Below are positions 27,810 to 47,347 of a stretch of DNA of 64,000 bases, piece after piece (position 1 is the stretch's first letter; every line of letters starts with the position of its first letter). The position numbers and the translations under genes were made by a program. This stretch comes from the human T2T-CHM13v2.0 reference genome, Homo sapiens. Where the stretch lies: NCBI RefSeq assembly GCF_009914755.1, contig NC_060925.1. One strand, given 5' to 3'. Below the pieces are notes generated by a model. That model worked only from the letters and a program-made list of their open reading frames with translations, ran no database searches and had not been told where the DNA came from.

Positions 27810-29695
27810 ATGATTGCAGCAATTCAGTCACTTGTCCGGGTTCCACTCCTAATTCTAGTTCTTTTGCTATCTTCACCACATCTGCAGTGACTTCTCCCAC
27901 TGAAGTCTTTAACACTTCAAAGGCATCCTTGAGGGTTAAAGTCAACTTCTTTCAAACTCCTGTTAATCTTGATATTTTGACCTCTTCCCTGGAATCACAA
28001 ATGTCCTTAACGGCACAAGAATGGTGACTCCTTTCTAGAATGTTTCCAATTTGCTTTGCCCAGATCCATCAGAGGATCTCTCTGTAGCAGCTATAGCCTT
28101 ACAAATTGTATTTCTTAAATAATAAGACTTGAAAGTTGAAATGACTCCTTAATCTATGGGCTGCAGAATGGATGCTGTGTTAGCAGGCATGAAAACAACT
28201 TAATCTCTTTGTACATCTCCATCAGGACTCTTGAGTAACCAGGTGCATTGTCAATGAGCTGTAATATTTTTAAGGGAATCTTTTTTTTTCTGAGTAGTAG
28301 GTCTCAACAGTGGACATAAAATATTCAGTCAACCATGCTGTAAATAGATGTGCTGTCATCAGGCTTTGTTGTTGCATTTATACAGCATAGGCAGAGTAGA
28401 TTTAGCATAATTCTTAAGGGCCTAGGATTTTTGGAATAATAAACTAGCATTGGCTTCCACTTAAAGTCACCAACTACATTAGCCCCTAACAAGAGGGTCA
28501 TTTAGTTATTTGAAGCTTTGAAGCCAGGCATTGACTTCTCTCTAGTGATGAAAGTTCTAGATAACATCCTGTTCCAATAGAAGGCTGTTTTGCCTACACT
28601 GAAAATCTGTTGTTTAGTGTAGCAACCTTCATCAATGATCTTAGCTAGATCTTCTGGATGACGTGCTGCAACTTTTATATCAGCATTTACTGCTTCACTT
28701 GCCCTTTTAAGTTATGCAGATGGTTTCTTTCATTAAACCTCATGAACCAACCCCTGCTAGCTTCCAACTTTTCTTCTGAAGCTTCCTCACCTCTCTCAGC
28801 CTTCATAGAATTGACAAGAGTTAGGGCGTTGCTCTGGATTAAGCTTTGGCTCAAGGGAATGCTGTGGTTAATTTGACCTTCTATCCAGACCACTCAAACT
28901 TTCTCCATATCAGCAATAAGGCTGTTTTGCCTTCTTGCCACTTATGTGTTCACCGGAGTAGCACTTTCAATTTCCTTCAAGAACTTTTCCTTTGCATTCT
29001 CAACTTGGCTAACTGGTGCAAGGGACCCAGCTTTCGGTCTCTCTTGGCTTTTGATAGGTCTTCCTCGCTAAGCTTAATCAATTCTAGCTTTTAATTTAAA
29101 ATGAGAGGCATGCAATTCCTCCTTTCATTTGAACACATAGAGGCCATTGTAGGGTTATTAATTGACCTAATTTCAATATTGTTGTATCTTTGGGAACAGG
29201 GAGGCCTCAGGATGAGAGTGATGGGGGAATAGCTGGTCAGTGGAGCAGTCAGAACACACACAGTATTTATTAAGTTTGCCATCTTGTATGGGTGTGGTTT
29301 ATGGCACCCCCAAACTTTTACAATAGTAACATCCAAGATCACTGATTATAGATCACCAACACCAACACAGACATAATAACAATGAAAAAAAAAGGTGTTT
29401 TTTTTTTCTGAAATGGATTCTAGCTCTCTCGCCCAGGCTGGAGTGCAGTGGTGTGATCTCGGCTGACTGCAACCTCTGCCTCCTGGGTTCAAGAGATTCT
29501 TGTGCCTCAGCCTCCTGAGTAGCTGGGATTACAGGCACCCACCACCACACTCGGCTAATTTTTGTATTTTTAATAGAGAAATGGCCTCGAACTCCTGACC
29601 TCAAGTGATCCACCTGCCTCGGCCTCCCAAAGTGTTGGAATTACAGGCATGAGCCACCGCGCCTGACCAATAATAAAAATGTTTGAAGTATTGTG
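27810..29695 (-). mobile_element. Tigger1 DNA transposon, large internal fragment (dead transposase), with an Alu at 29397-29667
   Basis: Minus-strand peptides [53 protein letters not shown] and FEVLKTSVGEVTADVVKIAKELELGVEP match Tigger1 transposase. Confidence 0.92.
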
Positions 29696-30979
29696 ATCTC
29701 GCTGCTGTTTCCCCACTTGTGCCCAGGCAGTGGGGTTCTGCAGGAGATCTTCTCTGTGCCACCCCTCTTCCCTTGCACCCTCTATGGCCACATGTGAAAC
29801 ACCTTTGACAGGCTCTTCTTGAAGGAAGTACAGCTGCCCAAGCTGAACATAGGCGGTTGTCTGGTCTTCCCCTCCATGGGCACCTACATGTCCTCATTTC
29901 ATTCAGTTAGTGGCCCCTGCGTTGTTCTAGAAAAGGGTTTGGATGAACTATAGGTGCCTTCTCTAGTGGTGAGAGCTCTGGCTTTTGGAACAAATCCAGG
30001 CTCTGCCACATACTAGCAGTGTGGTCAGAGCCTCAGTTTCCCCCCCATGAAGTGAGGATGATATGAGTATCCCCCTTGCAGGGTTGTTGAGAGGGTTAAT
30101 GCAGATAATGCAAATCCTTGCTGAACATCAGTCCGTGTCCAGGGCCCTGCCTCTGGCAGGCCCTGATCCTGGCCTGACCCTCAGAGGCCGCCCCTGCCTC
30201 ATGGTCTGGCTGTCCTCAGAGAGCACACACAGCATCTGACCATAGCCAATGGGCCAGGTGCAGGGTGTGCCTCAGAACTCACCTTGGCCTTGAGAAGCCC
30301 CCAGGTTGGAAGGTGTGATGAATGAGGTGTGGATCCAGCCAATTCTAAAATAGAGCAGATGCTACAGCATGTCTCCCAGGCACTTTAAAACTTCAAAACT
30401 ACTATTTGGGGAGTTCTGAGCTCAGAAAGAGAATGTGCCCTACAAGGATGGACATTGTCAGAGATGGGGGTAGGTGCACATTAGGATGACCAGCCACATC
30501 CCTGCAGTGCAGGGAGGGCAGTGGGCCCTAGAGGCTAAGACCACCTCCATCCTGTCCCCTTTATAAACTTCACCTGCTGAGGGAGTTATCTGAATGACAG
30601 CCTCTGCAAACAATCCTCCCCATCTGCCAGAGTCAGCCCCACCAATTTTGCTGCTACCTCCTCAGCTCAGCCAAGGCCAGAAGGAATCATTCAGCACCCT
30701 TGGGCTGAAGAGAATTCTCCCTCAGACATCTTAGGAGCAGGGGTGAACTGCAGATGCTACCCATAGAAGCCAGAGGGGCCTTCAGGCTTCAATGTGTTAC
30801 TCATCTGTACCCTCCCAAAGCCTGCAAATTAGAAGTAAAAACATCCACCCTTACCCCTCAGAAGTGTTTGGAAGTACAGATATGAGTGAACTTTAGGGAA
30901 AACATAACATTTTATTCAGATGCAAGAGATTCTGGTGTGTTTTGTTTGCCCTATGGGTACTGTCTTATGAGATTGTGGA

Positions 30980-31374
30980 TATCCATCCATCCATCCATCC
31001 ATCCATGCATGCATCCACCCATCCATCCATGCATCCATTAATCCATCCATCTATGCATCCATTTATCCATCCATCCATTCATCTATGCATGCATGCATGC
31101 ATCCATCCATCCATCCATCCATGCATCCATCCATCCATTGATCCATACATCAATCCATGCATCCATTTATCCATTCATGCATCCATCCATCCACCCATGC
31201 ATCCATCCACCCATCCATCCATCCACGCATGCATCCATTTATCCATCCATGCATCCATCCATCCACCCATGCATCCATCCACCCATCCATGCACACATCC
31301 ATTTATCCATCCATGCATCCATCCATCCACCCATGCATCCATCCACCCATCCATCCATCCATGCATCCATGCAT

Positions 31375-31410
<36 letters not shown>

Positions 31411-32213
31411 CCATGTATCCATTTATCCATTCATACATACATCCATTCATCCATCCGTGGATCCATGCATCATCCATTCGTCTTTGCATGAATGCATGCA
31501 TGCATCCATCCATCCATCCATTCATCTGTTCATCCATCCATCCATCCATGCATCCACCCATCTATCCATTCATTTATCCATCCATGCATCCACTTATTCA
31601 TCCATGCATCCATGCTTCCATTTATCCATCCATGCATCCCTCCATCCATCCATTCATCCATGCATCCATCCATGCATACATACATCCATGCATCCATCAA
31701 TCCATCCATGCATGCATCCATCCATCCATCTATCCGTCCATCCATGCATCCATTCATTCATCCATGTATCCATGCATCCATCCATCCATCCATCCATCCA
31801 TCTATGCACGCATGCATCCATCCATCCATTCATCCTTCCATCCATCCACGTATCCATGCATCCATCCATTCATCTATGCATGCATGCATCCATCCATCCA
31901 TCCATCTATGCATGCATGCATGCATCCATCCATCCATCCATACATGCATGCATTCATCCATCCATCCGTGAATGCATCCATCCATCCATGTATCCATTTA
32001 TCCATCTGTGCAACCATCCATCCATCCATGTATCCATTTATCCATCTGTGCAACCATCCATCCATCCATTTGTTCATCCATCCATGCATCCATCCATCCA
32101 TCCATCCATCCATCCATGTATCCATTTATCCAACCATGCATCTATCCATCCATCCATGCATTCATCCATCCATCCCTCCATGCATCCACCCATCCATCCA
32201 TGAATCCATCCAT

Positions 32214-32248
<35 letters not shown>

Positions 32249-32279
32249 GCATGCATCTATTCATCCATCCATCCATCTA
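30980..32279. repeat. ~1.3-kb compound (CCAT)n/(GCAT)n tandem repeat
   Basis: Directly visible tetranucleotide array; source of the IHPS/WMDG pseudo-ORFs. Confidence 0.97.
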
Positions 32280-34261
<1,982 letters not shown>

Positions 34262-36629
34262 TCACCTTGGAGTGAGGCCAGTCATCTGATGTACCTTGTC
34301 CTCAGCCACATGCAGCTGCGTGGGTGCAGCAGCAGAATGGGTGGAGGGCTTTGGGGAAGAGCCAACGTGGGCGGGGGGCGTGGCTTGGAGTATGAGGTGG
34401 CCGTGGGCTCCCTGCAGGCCCAGGCTCCATTTACGGCCAGCTGCCTGCTGTCCTCGCCCTGCTCCGGCATGCTGTCTTTCCACATCCGTTACCCACTGCG
34501 CGCTCATAATGCTCCCACTTTACAGAGGCCATTTACTCTGGCCACCTAGTAGTTGGTGGCAGAGTTGGGATTTGAATCCAAATGGAAGTTCATTGTTCTC
34601 CATTCAGGGTAGCAGGGGCACGCGTGCTGTGTTTAAGAGAGACTTGCATGCCTCGTGGTGGAAATAAACTTTGGTGGATTAAACTTTAGGTATTTTGCGC
34701 CCTGGTTGGGCCAGGCTTTGTCCCAGTTCGACCACAGTGACTTACTGCCACCTACTGGCCATTCTCAGTGTTGCACCCACGTAGGATTTGCTCACGGTCT
34801 GGGTCTAACCATGCCTGGTTCAAAGGGGAGGACCGGAGCTCTTATCTCTTTGACAAATCAGACAAACCAGGAAACAGAGGTCCAGAGAGGTGACTTTAAG
34901 CTTTCATCTGCACTTGCCTACCCCATCTATTCAGTTGTTCATTCGTTCAATAAATATTTCTTGGAAACCTACTATGTGCTAGGTGCTGGGGCTCTGCAGG
35001 GAATGAGACAGCAGAGAGCGCTGCTCCGTATAGCTGACATGCCCTGTAGGGGAGCGGGAGGGAGGGACACACCATCAACAAGTAAATCAGTGAGAGGATG
35101 AAAGATGGCGATGGGTGCCGGGAAGGAACAAGGAGACAGCGACTGGAGAGGGTGGTCAGGAGTTGCCAGTGGAGGGAAGACCTGAAGGGTGAGAGGGACG
35201 GGGAAAGACACCCTAGGAAGAGGGAGCAGCGTCACAAAGGCCCTGAGAGGCTGAAAGGTTTGGGCGGGTTCCAGGAACACAGGCGGCCAGGGAGGTGGAG
35301 CCCACACCTCAACACACAACTACCCGTGAAGAACGTGGAGCGATCCGTGTAGATCCTTGTAGAAGGTTCTCTCAGAGGGCCATGTCACTGACCTGTCAGT
35401 CAGCCCACAGCCTCCTCCCAGTCCCCAGATAGCTGACCACTCCCTCCTTGAAATTCTCTCCTCTCTCAGCTTGTGCAACACCAACCTCCGGTGGCAGGAA
35501 AAACTATTATTATTCTCTTGTGAAAATTAAAACTTAACCATCAACATAGAGCTGTTACTGGTTTGAAGGAAGCCATTGACGCTGTGTCAAAGGCTAGAGC
35601 AGAAAACAGTGGCATGCAGTGTCAAAGGTCAAAGTCAACACTTCTCGGACTGGCACAGGGAAGGTAGGTCAGGACAGAGTCAGTCTTGCTTGCAGCTGTC
35701 ACCATGTTATAAGCGTGTTGATGGCCCTGTCTGCTGCTAGTGGTGAGTCATTCTTGCAAATAAAGTGACTATTTATAAGTTTATAGATATGAGTATGCTT
35801 TGTTCAAATCCTACGAGTAGTGTTCAAGAAATAAGGTGTGGGAGTAAAATAAGTCTGTGATCCAGTAAGTCCATTGGCAATTCCCATATGTTACTCAAAT
35901 GCTATCCAATTAGCTGGTATTTTCCAGTGTGTGAATATTTGCTATAGGCTATGGTTCTTTGTAATGCAAAATATTTTCATCCTTAAAAAGGAGAAAGTTA
36001 AGCCTGGACAACATAGTGAGACCCCATTTGTACAAAAAATAAGAAAAAATTAGCCCAGCATAGTCACGCATGCCTGCTCTCAGCTACGCAGGAGGCTGAG
36101 GCAGGAACATCGTGATCCTGAGAGTTCAGAGGTTGGGGGGAGCCATGATTGCTCCACTGCACTCCAGCCTGGGTAACAGAGCATGACCCTGTCTCAAAAA
36201 AAAAAAAAAAAAAAAAAAAGAGAGAGAAAGTTATATGAAGCAACATGTACCCTCATACCCAACCTGAAGATGTGATTAGACACAATCTTATGAATTCAAC
36301 TAACATCAATGCAAAATGAAATAAAATTTCCTATGTTTGAATTATTTGTCATAAGAACAAAGATCAAGACTATTGGATAGGGCAGTTAATACTTTGAGTG
36401 TTTTAAATTTTCCTTGTAAGAATAACACTTTTTTCTGATAGATGTTCAAAAAAGAGTAACTTAAATAGTAAACATTTGGCCAGGTGCAGTGGCTCATGCC
36501 TGTAATCCCAGCACTTTGGGAGGCTGGGGCGGGTGGATCATCTGAGGTCACGAGTTCAAGACCAGCATAGCTAACATGGTGAAACCCCGTCCCTACTAAA
36601 AATACAGTAATTAGCCAGGTGTGGTGTCA

Positions 36630-36793
<164 letters not shown>

Positions 36794-38024
36794 CTATTGT
36801 TCCATTTTTAAAATAACTTTTATTTGGCATTTACTTTGAGTTAATGTCTCCTTCTTTTAATGTTTTCTATTATTAAATGTCTGCATAAGGTAGAGATCAT
36901 TTTTACATGTCCTTGAAATACATCACTGAGTCATGGTATATTAAAACAAAATAATAAAATAAATTAAAACCATGCACTTTAATGCATAATAAAAACCATG
37001 CACTAAACAGAAAACCTCTGACATTTTTAGTGTATCCCTGTCACAGAAAAATGTTCACTATTTGTTTTTATGGTCAGTTCTTATCTTTTCAAAACACATA
37101 AGCTGTTAGGAAAAATACAGAATAGTGTGTCATTTTTAGGAATTCTTGGAATTCCCTGGAATTCTGATTTCTCATACTCAAATCCCAAAGATTGGTGTCT
37201 TTTAGGCATTTTTTTTTTCTTTTCAGATAGGATTTCACTGTGTTGTCCAAGCTGGAGTGCAGTGGCTCAATCACAGGTCATGGCAGCCTCGACCTCCTGG
37301 GGTTCAGGTGATCCTCCCATCTCAGCCTCCCGAGTAGCTGGGGCTACAGGTGCGTACCACCCCGCCTGGCTAATTTTTGTGGGTTTTATAGAGACAGGAT
37401 TTCACCAGGCTGGTCTGAAACTCCTGGGCTCAAGCAGTCCTCCTGCCTCAGCCTCCCAAAGTGCTGGGATTACAGGCATGAGCCACCGCACTTGGCTGTA
37501 TTTTTTGGGGGGGGGGGTATGGTTTTGTTTACATATGGCTTTGCTTTGCCTGTTTTTTATTTGTCTTGATGTGTCTTTAAATATTGTTTTATCTTTGGTT
37601 CCCTTTCCATCTTTTTTACTCTTGTAATTCATTCGTTAGTGAAACCAGATAAAAAATCAGACCAGATTTCTTGGGGAAATACCTAGGAGTAGAATTGCTA
37701 GTTCCTAAGGCAGATAAATGTTTAACTTACTAAGAATCTGTTCAACAGTTTTCTGAGTGGTGTACTTACTTACACTTCCACCAGCAATGCAGAAAAGTTC
37801 CAATCGCTCCAAGTCTTCACCAATATTTAGTATTGTTAATCTTTTTTTTTAAGAAAAATTTTAGCCATTCTAGTGGCATGAAATGCTATTTCATTGTGGT
37901 TTTAATTTAAATGTAATTTGAAGTTTCCTAATAACTAATGATGTTGAACACCTTTTCATGTGCTTACTGGCTGTTTGCGTATCTTCTTTTGTGAAATGTT
38001 TTCCATATCTTATTTAAATTCTCT

Positions 38025-38500
38025 ATTACTGTGTAACACACCACCACAAAAATTAGTGATGTGAGACAAAACCATTTATTTGCCCATTCTTCTACGATCT
38101 GACTTGGCCATATCTGGGCAGGTCTTTTGCTCCACGTGATATTGACTATGATCATCTGGAGGGTCCGTGGTTCCAGTGACTTAGCATCAAAGACGGCCTA
38201 ACACACACGTCTGGTGCCTCTGCTGGGATGGCTGAAGCAGCCGGAGGCTGGCCAGGTATCTCTCTCCTCATGGTCCCCCATCAAGGTAGCCTGGTCACTT
38301 TACACAGTGGTGCAGGGTTCCAAAATAGAGCATTCAAAGAGGACAATACCCAATGTGCAAGGGTTTGTCTTCTTGCATCATGCTCCACAGGCCAAGATAA
38401 ATCACATGTCCGAGCCCAAGGGCAAGGTGGGAAGGGACCATACAAAAGCATGGATACTGGGAGGCATAGGTCATTGCGGACCGCCCACGTAAGCCTACCA
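38025..38500 (-). mobile_element. MLT1-type MaLR LTR fragment
   Basis: TATTACTGTGTAACACACCACCACAAAATTAGTG...CATTTATTTGC start, typical of minus-strand MLT1. Confidence 0.65.
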
Positions 38501-38580
38501 CAATCTTTTGTCCATTTTCAAATGCATTGTCTTTTCCAAATTGCTTTAGCTCTTTTTTATTTATTTATTTTTTTTTTTGA

Positions 38581-38781
<201 letters not shown>

Positions 38782-40475
38782 TGAACTCCTGACCTCAGGT
38801 GATCCACCCACCTCAGCCTCCCAAAGTGTTGAGATTACAGGCGTGAGCTACCGCACCCAGCCTTCCTTAGCTCTTTATACTCTGAATACAAGTCCTTTGT
38901 TAGACACAAGTGTTGTGGAAATATTTTTTCCAAACCCATGTCTTGCCTATTTGTTTTCTTAAACGTGTCTCTTGAGAGAAGAAATGTTTAATTTTGATGA
39001 AGTCCAATATGTGTATTTTCCTCTTCTATGGATAGTGCTTTTTGTGTTCTAAGGAACTTTTGCCAACCCCGAGGTTATAAAGATGTTCTGTCAGAAAGAT
39101 ATTCTATCTATTTTCTCCTAGACTTCATGGTTCTATTTTTTTTATTTGGGTTTATCATCCATGGCAAATTAATTTTTATTTATAGAAAAGGACAGGGATG
39201 GAGATTCATTTTTTTCCGTATGGATACCCAGCGGTTTCAGCACCATATATTAAAAGTCTTTTCTTCCTCCATTGAATTAACTTCGCATCTTGGTTAAAAA
39301 AAAAAAATTGACTCTATGTTTACTATTGTAAATAGTATTTTTATTTCATTTTCCAATTGATTGTGACTAATACAACAAAAATTGATTTTCACCTATTAAT
39401 TTTATAGCCTGTGACCTTGATAACTTCACTTTTAATTTTGGTAGGATTTTGGAGAGGGGCGGTGAGGTGGAGAGGGTAGATCCCATAGGGTTCACCATGT
39501 ACGCAATCATGTGGTATGGAACAATGACAGTTTTACTCCTTCCACCCCCCTCCCCCACTCTTTATGCCTTTTCTTGCTTTTTTTTGCTTTATGGAACTGG
39601 CTGGAACTTTCTAGTACAATGCTGAATAGAAGCGGTAAGAGCAAAATATTTGCCGTAGGGAATCTTAACAAAAACATATTCAATGTTTCTGCATTAAGTA
39701 TGATGTGAGCTGTAGATTCTTTTATAAATGCCTTTTATCAAGAAGTTATCTTCTATTCCTAGATGACTAAGGTTTTGTATGTGTGTTTGAGTGTGTGTGT
39801 GTGTGTGTGTGTTGTCTGGTTTTTTTTTTTTGAAATAAAGAATGGGTGTTAATTTTTGTAAAATTTTTTTCTGGATTTGCTTGAGGTTATTTTGTGATTT
39901 TTATAGTTCTCTTTGTTAACATAGTGAATCACAATAATTGATTTGTGAATGTTAAATCAATCTTATATTTCTGGGATAAACCTCATTTTGTCATTAGGTT
40001 TTATCTTTTTTATATGTTGCTAAATCAATTTGCTAATATTTTGTTAAGATTTTCTGTGACTATGTTAATTGGTCTGTGGTTTTTTGGTAATGTCTTTATC
40101 TGATTTCGGTATTAAATTTATGCTCGCCTTACAAAATATGTTGGGAAGTCTTTCTTCTTTCATTTCCTGAAATAGTTTGTGTAAGACTGTTGTTATTTTT
40201 CCCTTAAATGTTAGCTAGTATTTACCAGTAAAGCCATTTGAGTTGAACTGGACTAATCTTTGTTAGAACTTTTTTTTTTTTACTTCAAATTCAGGATTTT
40301 TTGTTGTTGTTGATACAGGGCTATTTAGATTTCCTATTTCTTTCTGCATTAGTTTTACTAAATTGTTTATTTCAAGGAATTTGGTCATTTTATCTAGGTT
40401 GTTGAATCTGTTGACATAAAGTAGTTCATAATGTTTCTTCTCTTTTCTTTCTTTCTTTTTTTTTTTTTTTTGTAG

Positions 40476-40757
<282 letters not shown>

Positions 40758-41407
40758 TAATATTTCTTTATTATCCTTTTTATGTGCAGGATCTGAAGTG
40801 ATGTTCTCTTGCACATCCCGATATTGGTGATATTTGTTTTCTCTCTCTTCATTCTTGTTAGAGGTGTATTTATTTTATTAATCTTTTTAAAGAACCACCT
40901 TTAGACTTTTTATTATTCTCTACTGTTTGTTTTCTATTTTTATTACTTCCTTTTTACTACCTACTCTGGGTTTAATTTGTTCTTTGTTTTAGCCTTTTCA
41001 TTAATTTTTAAAATATTTATTCTTTCCTAGTATAATGTAAACCTAAACAATTCCCTACAAGCTCTGTTTTAGCTGTATTCATACATTTTAATACATTTTG
41101 TCTTATTCAATTCAATACATTTTCTAATTTCTCTTCTGACTTCATTGACTTGTGGAATATTTAGCAGTATGTTCCTTAATTTCCAAGCATTTAGTGATTT
41201 TTCAGTATCTCTCTTTTATTGTTTTCTGGTCTGTATGATTTCAATCCTTTGGAATTTGTTGAAACTTGCTTTATGGCCCAGCATAGGGTCAATTTTTGTA
41301 AATCATTCATATGAACTTGAAAATTATGTGTATTCTCCATATATATTCTATATGTGTCAATTGAGTTAAGTTGGCTAACCACTTTATTCAAATAATCCAT
41401 TTCCTCA

Positions 41408-41725
<318 letters not shown>

Positions 41726-43630
41726 TTACTTTGTATATTTTTAAGCTGTGTTATTTGGTGCACACAAGTTTAGAATTGTTATATTTTCCTGCTGGAAAAA
41801 TCTGTTATCATTATTTAATGTCCATCTTACCTCTAGTAATACTGTTTGTCTTAAGCCTATTTTATTTGATATTAATGTAGTAATACCAACTTATTAAAAA
41901 TTAGTATTTAAATGGTATATACTTTTTCATCTTTTTGTTTCACCTTTCTGTGTTTTTACATTAAAATTGTGTTGCTTAAAAATAAAATGTAATTGGGGTT
42001 TTAAACAAAAATCCATTCTAACAATATGTGTCTTTCTGTTTGTTTACATCATGTACATTTAATGTAATTACTGATATAGTTGGATTTAGAGCTACCATCT
42101 TTCTATTTGTTTTTCTGTCTTATTTGCTCTTTGTTCATTTATTCCTTCATTATTTTCTTCTTTTGGATAATCAAGTTGTTTTCACTATTTCAGTTTTTCC
42201 TCTATTAGGTTCTATTCATACGTTTTTACAAAAAGTTTTAACTTTAGATATTTAAATATGCATCTTTGACCTATTACAGATATATTGTCATATTAAATTA
42301 ATGTTTCCCATGGTTTTAACAGTGCAAGAACTGGCCGGGTGTGGTGCCTCACACCTGTAATCCCAGCACTTTGGACTTTGGGAGGCTGAGGCAGGCATAT
42401 CACTTGAGGTCAGGAGTTTGAGACCAGCCTGGCCCACAGGGTGAAACCCCGCCTCTACTAAAAATATGAAAATTAGCCGGAGGATGTGCTCATTTGAATC
42501 AAGGAGGAGGCAGTTGCAGTGAGCTGAGATCGTGCCACTGCACTCCAGCCTGGCTGACAATAAGACTGTGTCTCAAAAAAAAAAAGAAAGAAAGAAAAAG
42601 AAAACAATGCAAGAACTTTACAACTGTTCAACTCCATTTACCTGCCTTCCACCCTATGTGCTATTATTGTGTATTTTACTACCTGTTATAAGCCCTACAA
42701 GGCGTTCCTATTATTATTTTATTAGTTAATTATTTCATTTTTGTCCATATATTTGTCCTTTTTGGTGCCCTGTATTACTTCCAGAAGATTTGTGCTTAAA
42801 AAAAAGAAATTACTCCCCTCTTTTCTGACAATTTTTTTTTTTAAGTGACCAGGCTCTTGCTATGTTGTTTAGACTGGTCTTGAGTTCCTGGCCTCAAGCG
42901 ATCCTCCGACCTCAGCCCTACAAGTAGCTGGGATTACAGGCGTGCGCCACCACGCCAGGCTTTGTAAAGTTTGTGCTTTCATCTGAGATCATTTTACTTC
43001 AGCATGAAGAAATTTCCTTTAATATTTCTTGTAACATTATTAAGGTTTGTTAGCAATGCACTTTCTCAGCCTTTTCTTTGTATATAAATGTCTTTGTTTT
43101 ACCTTAATCCTTTTTTTTTTTTTTTTTTTTTTTTTTGAGATGGAGTCTCGCCCTGTTGCCCAGGCTGCTCTGCCTCCCGGGTTCACGCCATTCTCCTGCC
43201 TCAGCCTCCCGAGTAGCTGGGACTACAGGCACCCGCCACCACACCTGGCTATTTTTTTCTTTCTTTTTTTTTTTTTTTTTTTTTTTTTTTGTATTTTTAG
43301 TACAGATGCGGTTTCACTGTGTTAGCCAGGATGGTCTCCGTCTCCTGACCTTGTGATCCGCCCGCCTCGGCCTCCCAAAGTGCTGGGATTACAGGCGTGA
43401 GCCACCGCACACGGCCTGTTTTACCTTAAATCTTACGCATTTTTTTTTCAGTATAGAATTCTAGGTTAGCAGGGTTTTTGTTTTTTTCTTTTTTCTGAAC
43501 TTAAAAAATTACCTTTTGGATTCTATAGTGTCTGTTGAAATGTAGGCATCACGTAGCTTATCTAGCTGCTTTTAAGGTTTTCTCTTTGTCTTCGTTTCCA
43601 GCTGTTAACAATGATATGCTTGTGTGCTTT

Positions 43631-43953
<323 letters not shown>

Positions 43954-46573
43954 GCTTGTGTGCTTTTCTTTGTTTTTATCCTACCTGGATTTACTAAGCT
44001 TCTTAAATTTAAGGGTTGATATATTTCAACAGTTTTGGGAAATTATCAGCCATATTACTTCAAATATTGCTTCTTCCTCAGTTTTTTCTTGCCTTCTGGA
44101 AGTACAGTTACACAAATGTTAGATCTACTAACTATGTCCCACAAATCTTACGCTCTGTTCCTTCTTCTATTTTTTTTTCTGTGTTTCTGGCTTGGATATT
44201 TTTTGTTGACCTGTCTTCGTTTGCTAACCCTGTCCTTTGTCCTTCTGCTAAACACATTCAATAAATTCTTAATTTCAGATGTTGTATTTTTCAGTCCTAG
44301 AACATTTTATTTTTGAAAGATATCCCACTTCCTCTGCTGACAATCTCTATTTTTATCTACTTTGCCAATCTTTTCATCTATTTTATTTAACATATTAATT
44401 GGTTATCTTACATTTTTTTGTCTGCTAACTCCAGTATGTGGGGCACTGTGGTTCCGATACTACTATCTATTTTTTCTCTTAACAGTCACATTTTTCTGTA
44501 GGTCTAGAAATTTCCAACACATGATATGGTTAAAACTGTAAATTATCCCAATATGGTGAGTGTGTAGTGATATCTTTTTGTGGTCTTAATTTGTACTCTG
44601 ATTACTAGTGATGTTAAGCATCTTTTCATATGTTTATTCATAATTTGGTTTTCCTTTTTGTTAAATGCCTGTTCAAGTATTTTGTTCAACATTTGATTTG
44701 GTTATCTTTTTTCTCATTGATTTTCAGTTGTATATAAGTCGATATATCTTCCTGATGACTTGATCCATTTATTATTATTACTATTATTACAGTTTCTGGA
44801 AACAGGGTCTCACTCTGTTGTCCTGGCTGGAGTGTAGTAATGCGATCCATGGCTCACTGCAGCCTCCACTTCCTGGGCTCCAGTGATCCTCCTACTTCAG
44901 CCTCCCGAGTAGCTGGGGCTACAGGCATGCACCACCATGCCCAGTTAATTTTTGTATTTTTTGTAGAGATGCGATTTAGCCATGTTGCCCAGGCTGGTCT
45001 CGAACTCTTGGGCTCAAGGGATCTGCTCACCTTTGCCTCCCAAAGTGCTAGGATTCCAGGCATGAGCCACTGTGCTCAGCCCCATTTATTATTATACAGT
45101 GATCTTCTCTATTCCTAATAGTACTTCTCGCCTTAAAGTCCATTTTGTCTGATATTAATTTTTGTTGTTGTTGTTGTTGTTGTTTTTAGTAGATCTCACC
45201 CAAAAAAAAACTTCTGCTTTCTTCGACTAATTTGGAAATTACACTGTCTGTTTTACTCATTATCCAGTAACCTAGAAGTTATAATCTGAACATTTAACTT
45301 GTTCAAGTCTAGAGTTAATTGATACATTTACTCCAAGACAATGTAAAGAACTTACAACAGTTTAATTCCATTTTAACCACTATTATTAACGTTTTATACA
45401 ATCGAGTTTCATTTAGATTTGCCATGTATTTGCCATTTGAATTCTCTTCATTCTTTCTAGCATTTTTGACCTTCAATTTGAGCTTTTTTTTCTTTCTACT
45501 CCAAGTCCATTGGTGACATACACTTACAGCTTTTGTTTGTCTGAAAATGTCTTTATTTCATATTCATTCTTAAAGGATGTTTTCACTGGGTATAGAATTC
45601 TTGGCCTGCAATTATTTTCTTTTTGCACATTGAAGATGATCTTTCTGCTATCCTCTGTCTTTTAATGTTGCTCTTGAGAAGTTAGCTCTCAGCTTACCTT
45701 GCTCTGTTGAAGATAATCTGACATTTTTTCCTGGCAGTTTTTAAGATATTCTCTTTGTCTTTGGTATTCTGCTATTTCACCACATATGTCTAGGTGCAAA
45801 TTCTTTTTGAATTAATAGACTTCATTTTTTTTTAGAGCAGTTTTAGGTTCACAGCAAAATCAAGTAGAGAGTAGAGTTGGCCAGATGCAGTGGTCCATGC
45901 CTGTAATCCCAGCCAAGGCAGGAGGATCGCTTAATCCCAGAATTCGAGACCAGCCTAGGCAACATGGCAAACCCCATCTCTACAAAAAAATACAAAAATT
46001 AGTAGCCAGACCTGGTGGTGCACGTCTGTAGTCCCAGCTACTAGGAAGGCTATTAGAAGGATCATTTGAGCCTAGGAGGTCGAGGCTGCAGTGAGCTGTG
46101 ATTGCACCATTGCACTCCATCCTGGGCGATGGAGTGAGACCCTGTCTCAAAATTAAAAAAAAGAAAAAAGAAAAAGAAAAAAAACCAAAGTACAGAGAGT
46201 TTCCACATGCCCCTCCCTCGTTTTCCACACACAGCCCCCCTTAACATCAACATCCTCCATGGGTGTTGTACATTTGTTACAATCAATAAACCAACATTAT
46301 CGTTATCGACCAAAGTCCATAGTTTACATTAGGGTTCACTCTTTGTATTGTAAATTCTATGGGTTTTGACAAACTTATAATGAAATGTATATACTATTAC
46401 AGCATCATACAAAATAGTTTCACTGTTCTAAAAATTTCCTGTTCTAATCTATTCATCCTCTCTCACCCCAAACCCCTGGCAGCCACTGATCTTTTTACTG
46501 TCTCCATGGCCTTGTCTTTTCCAGAATGTTACATAGTTGGAATCATACACTATGTAAGCTTTTCTAGGTGTAA

Positions 46574-46803
<230 letters not shown>

Positions 46804-46871
46804 TGATCTGCCCGCCTTGGCCTCCCAAAGTGCTGGGATTACAGGCGTGAGCCACCACACTCAGCAAATTA

Positions 46872-47347
<476 letters not shown>
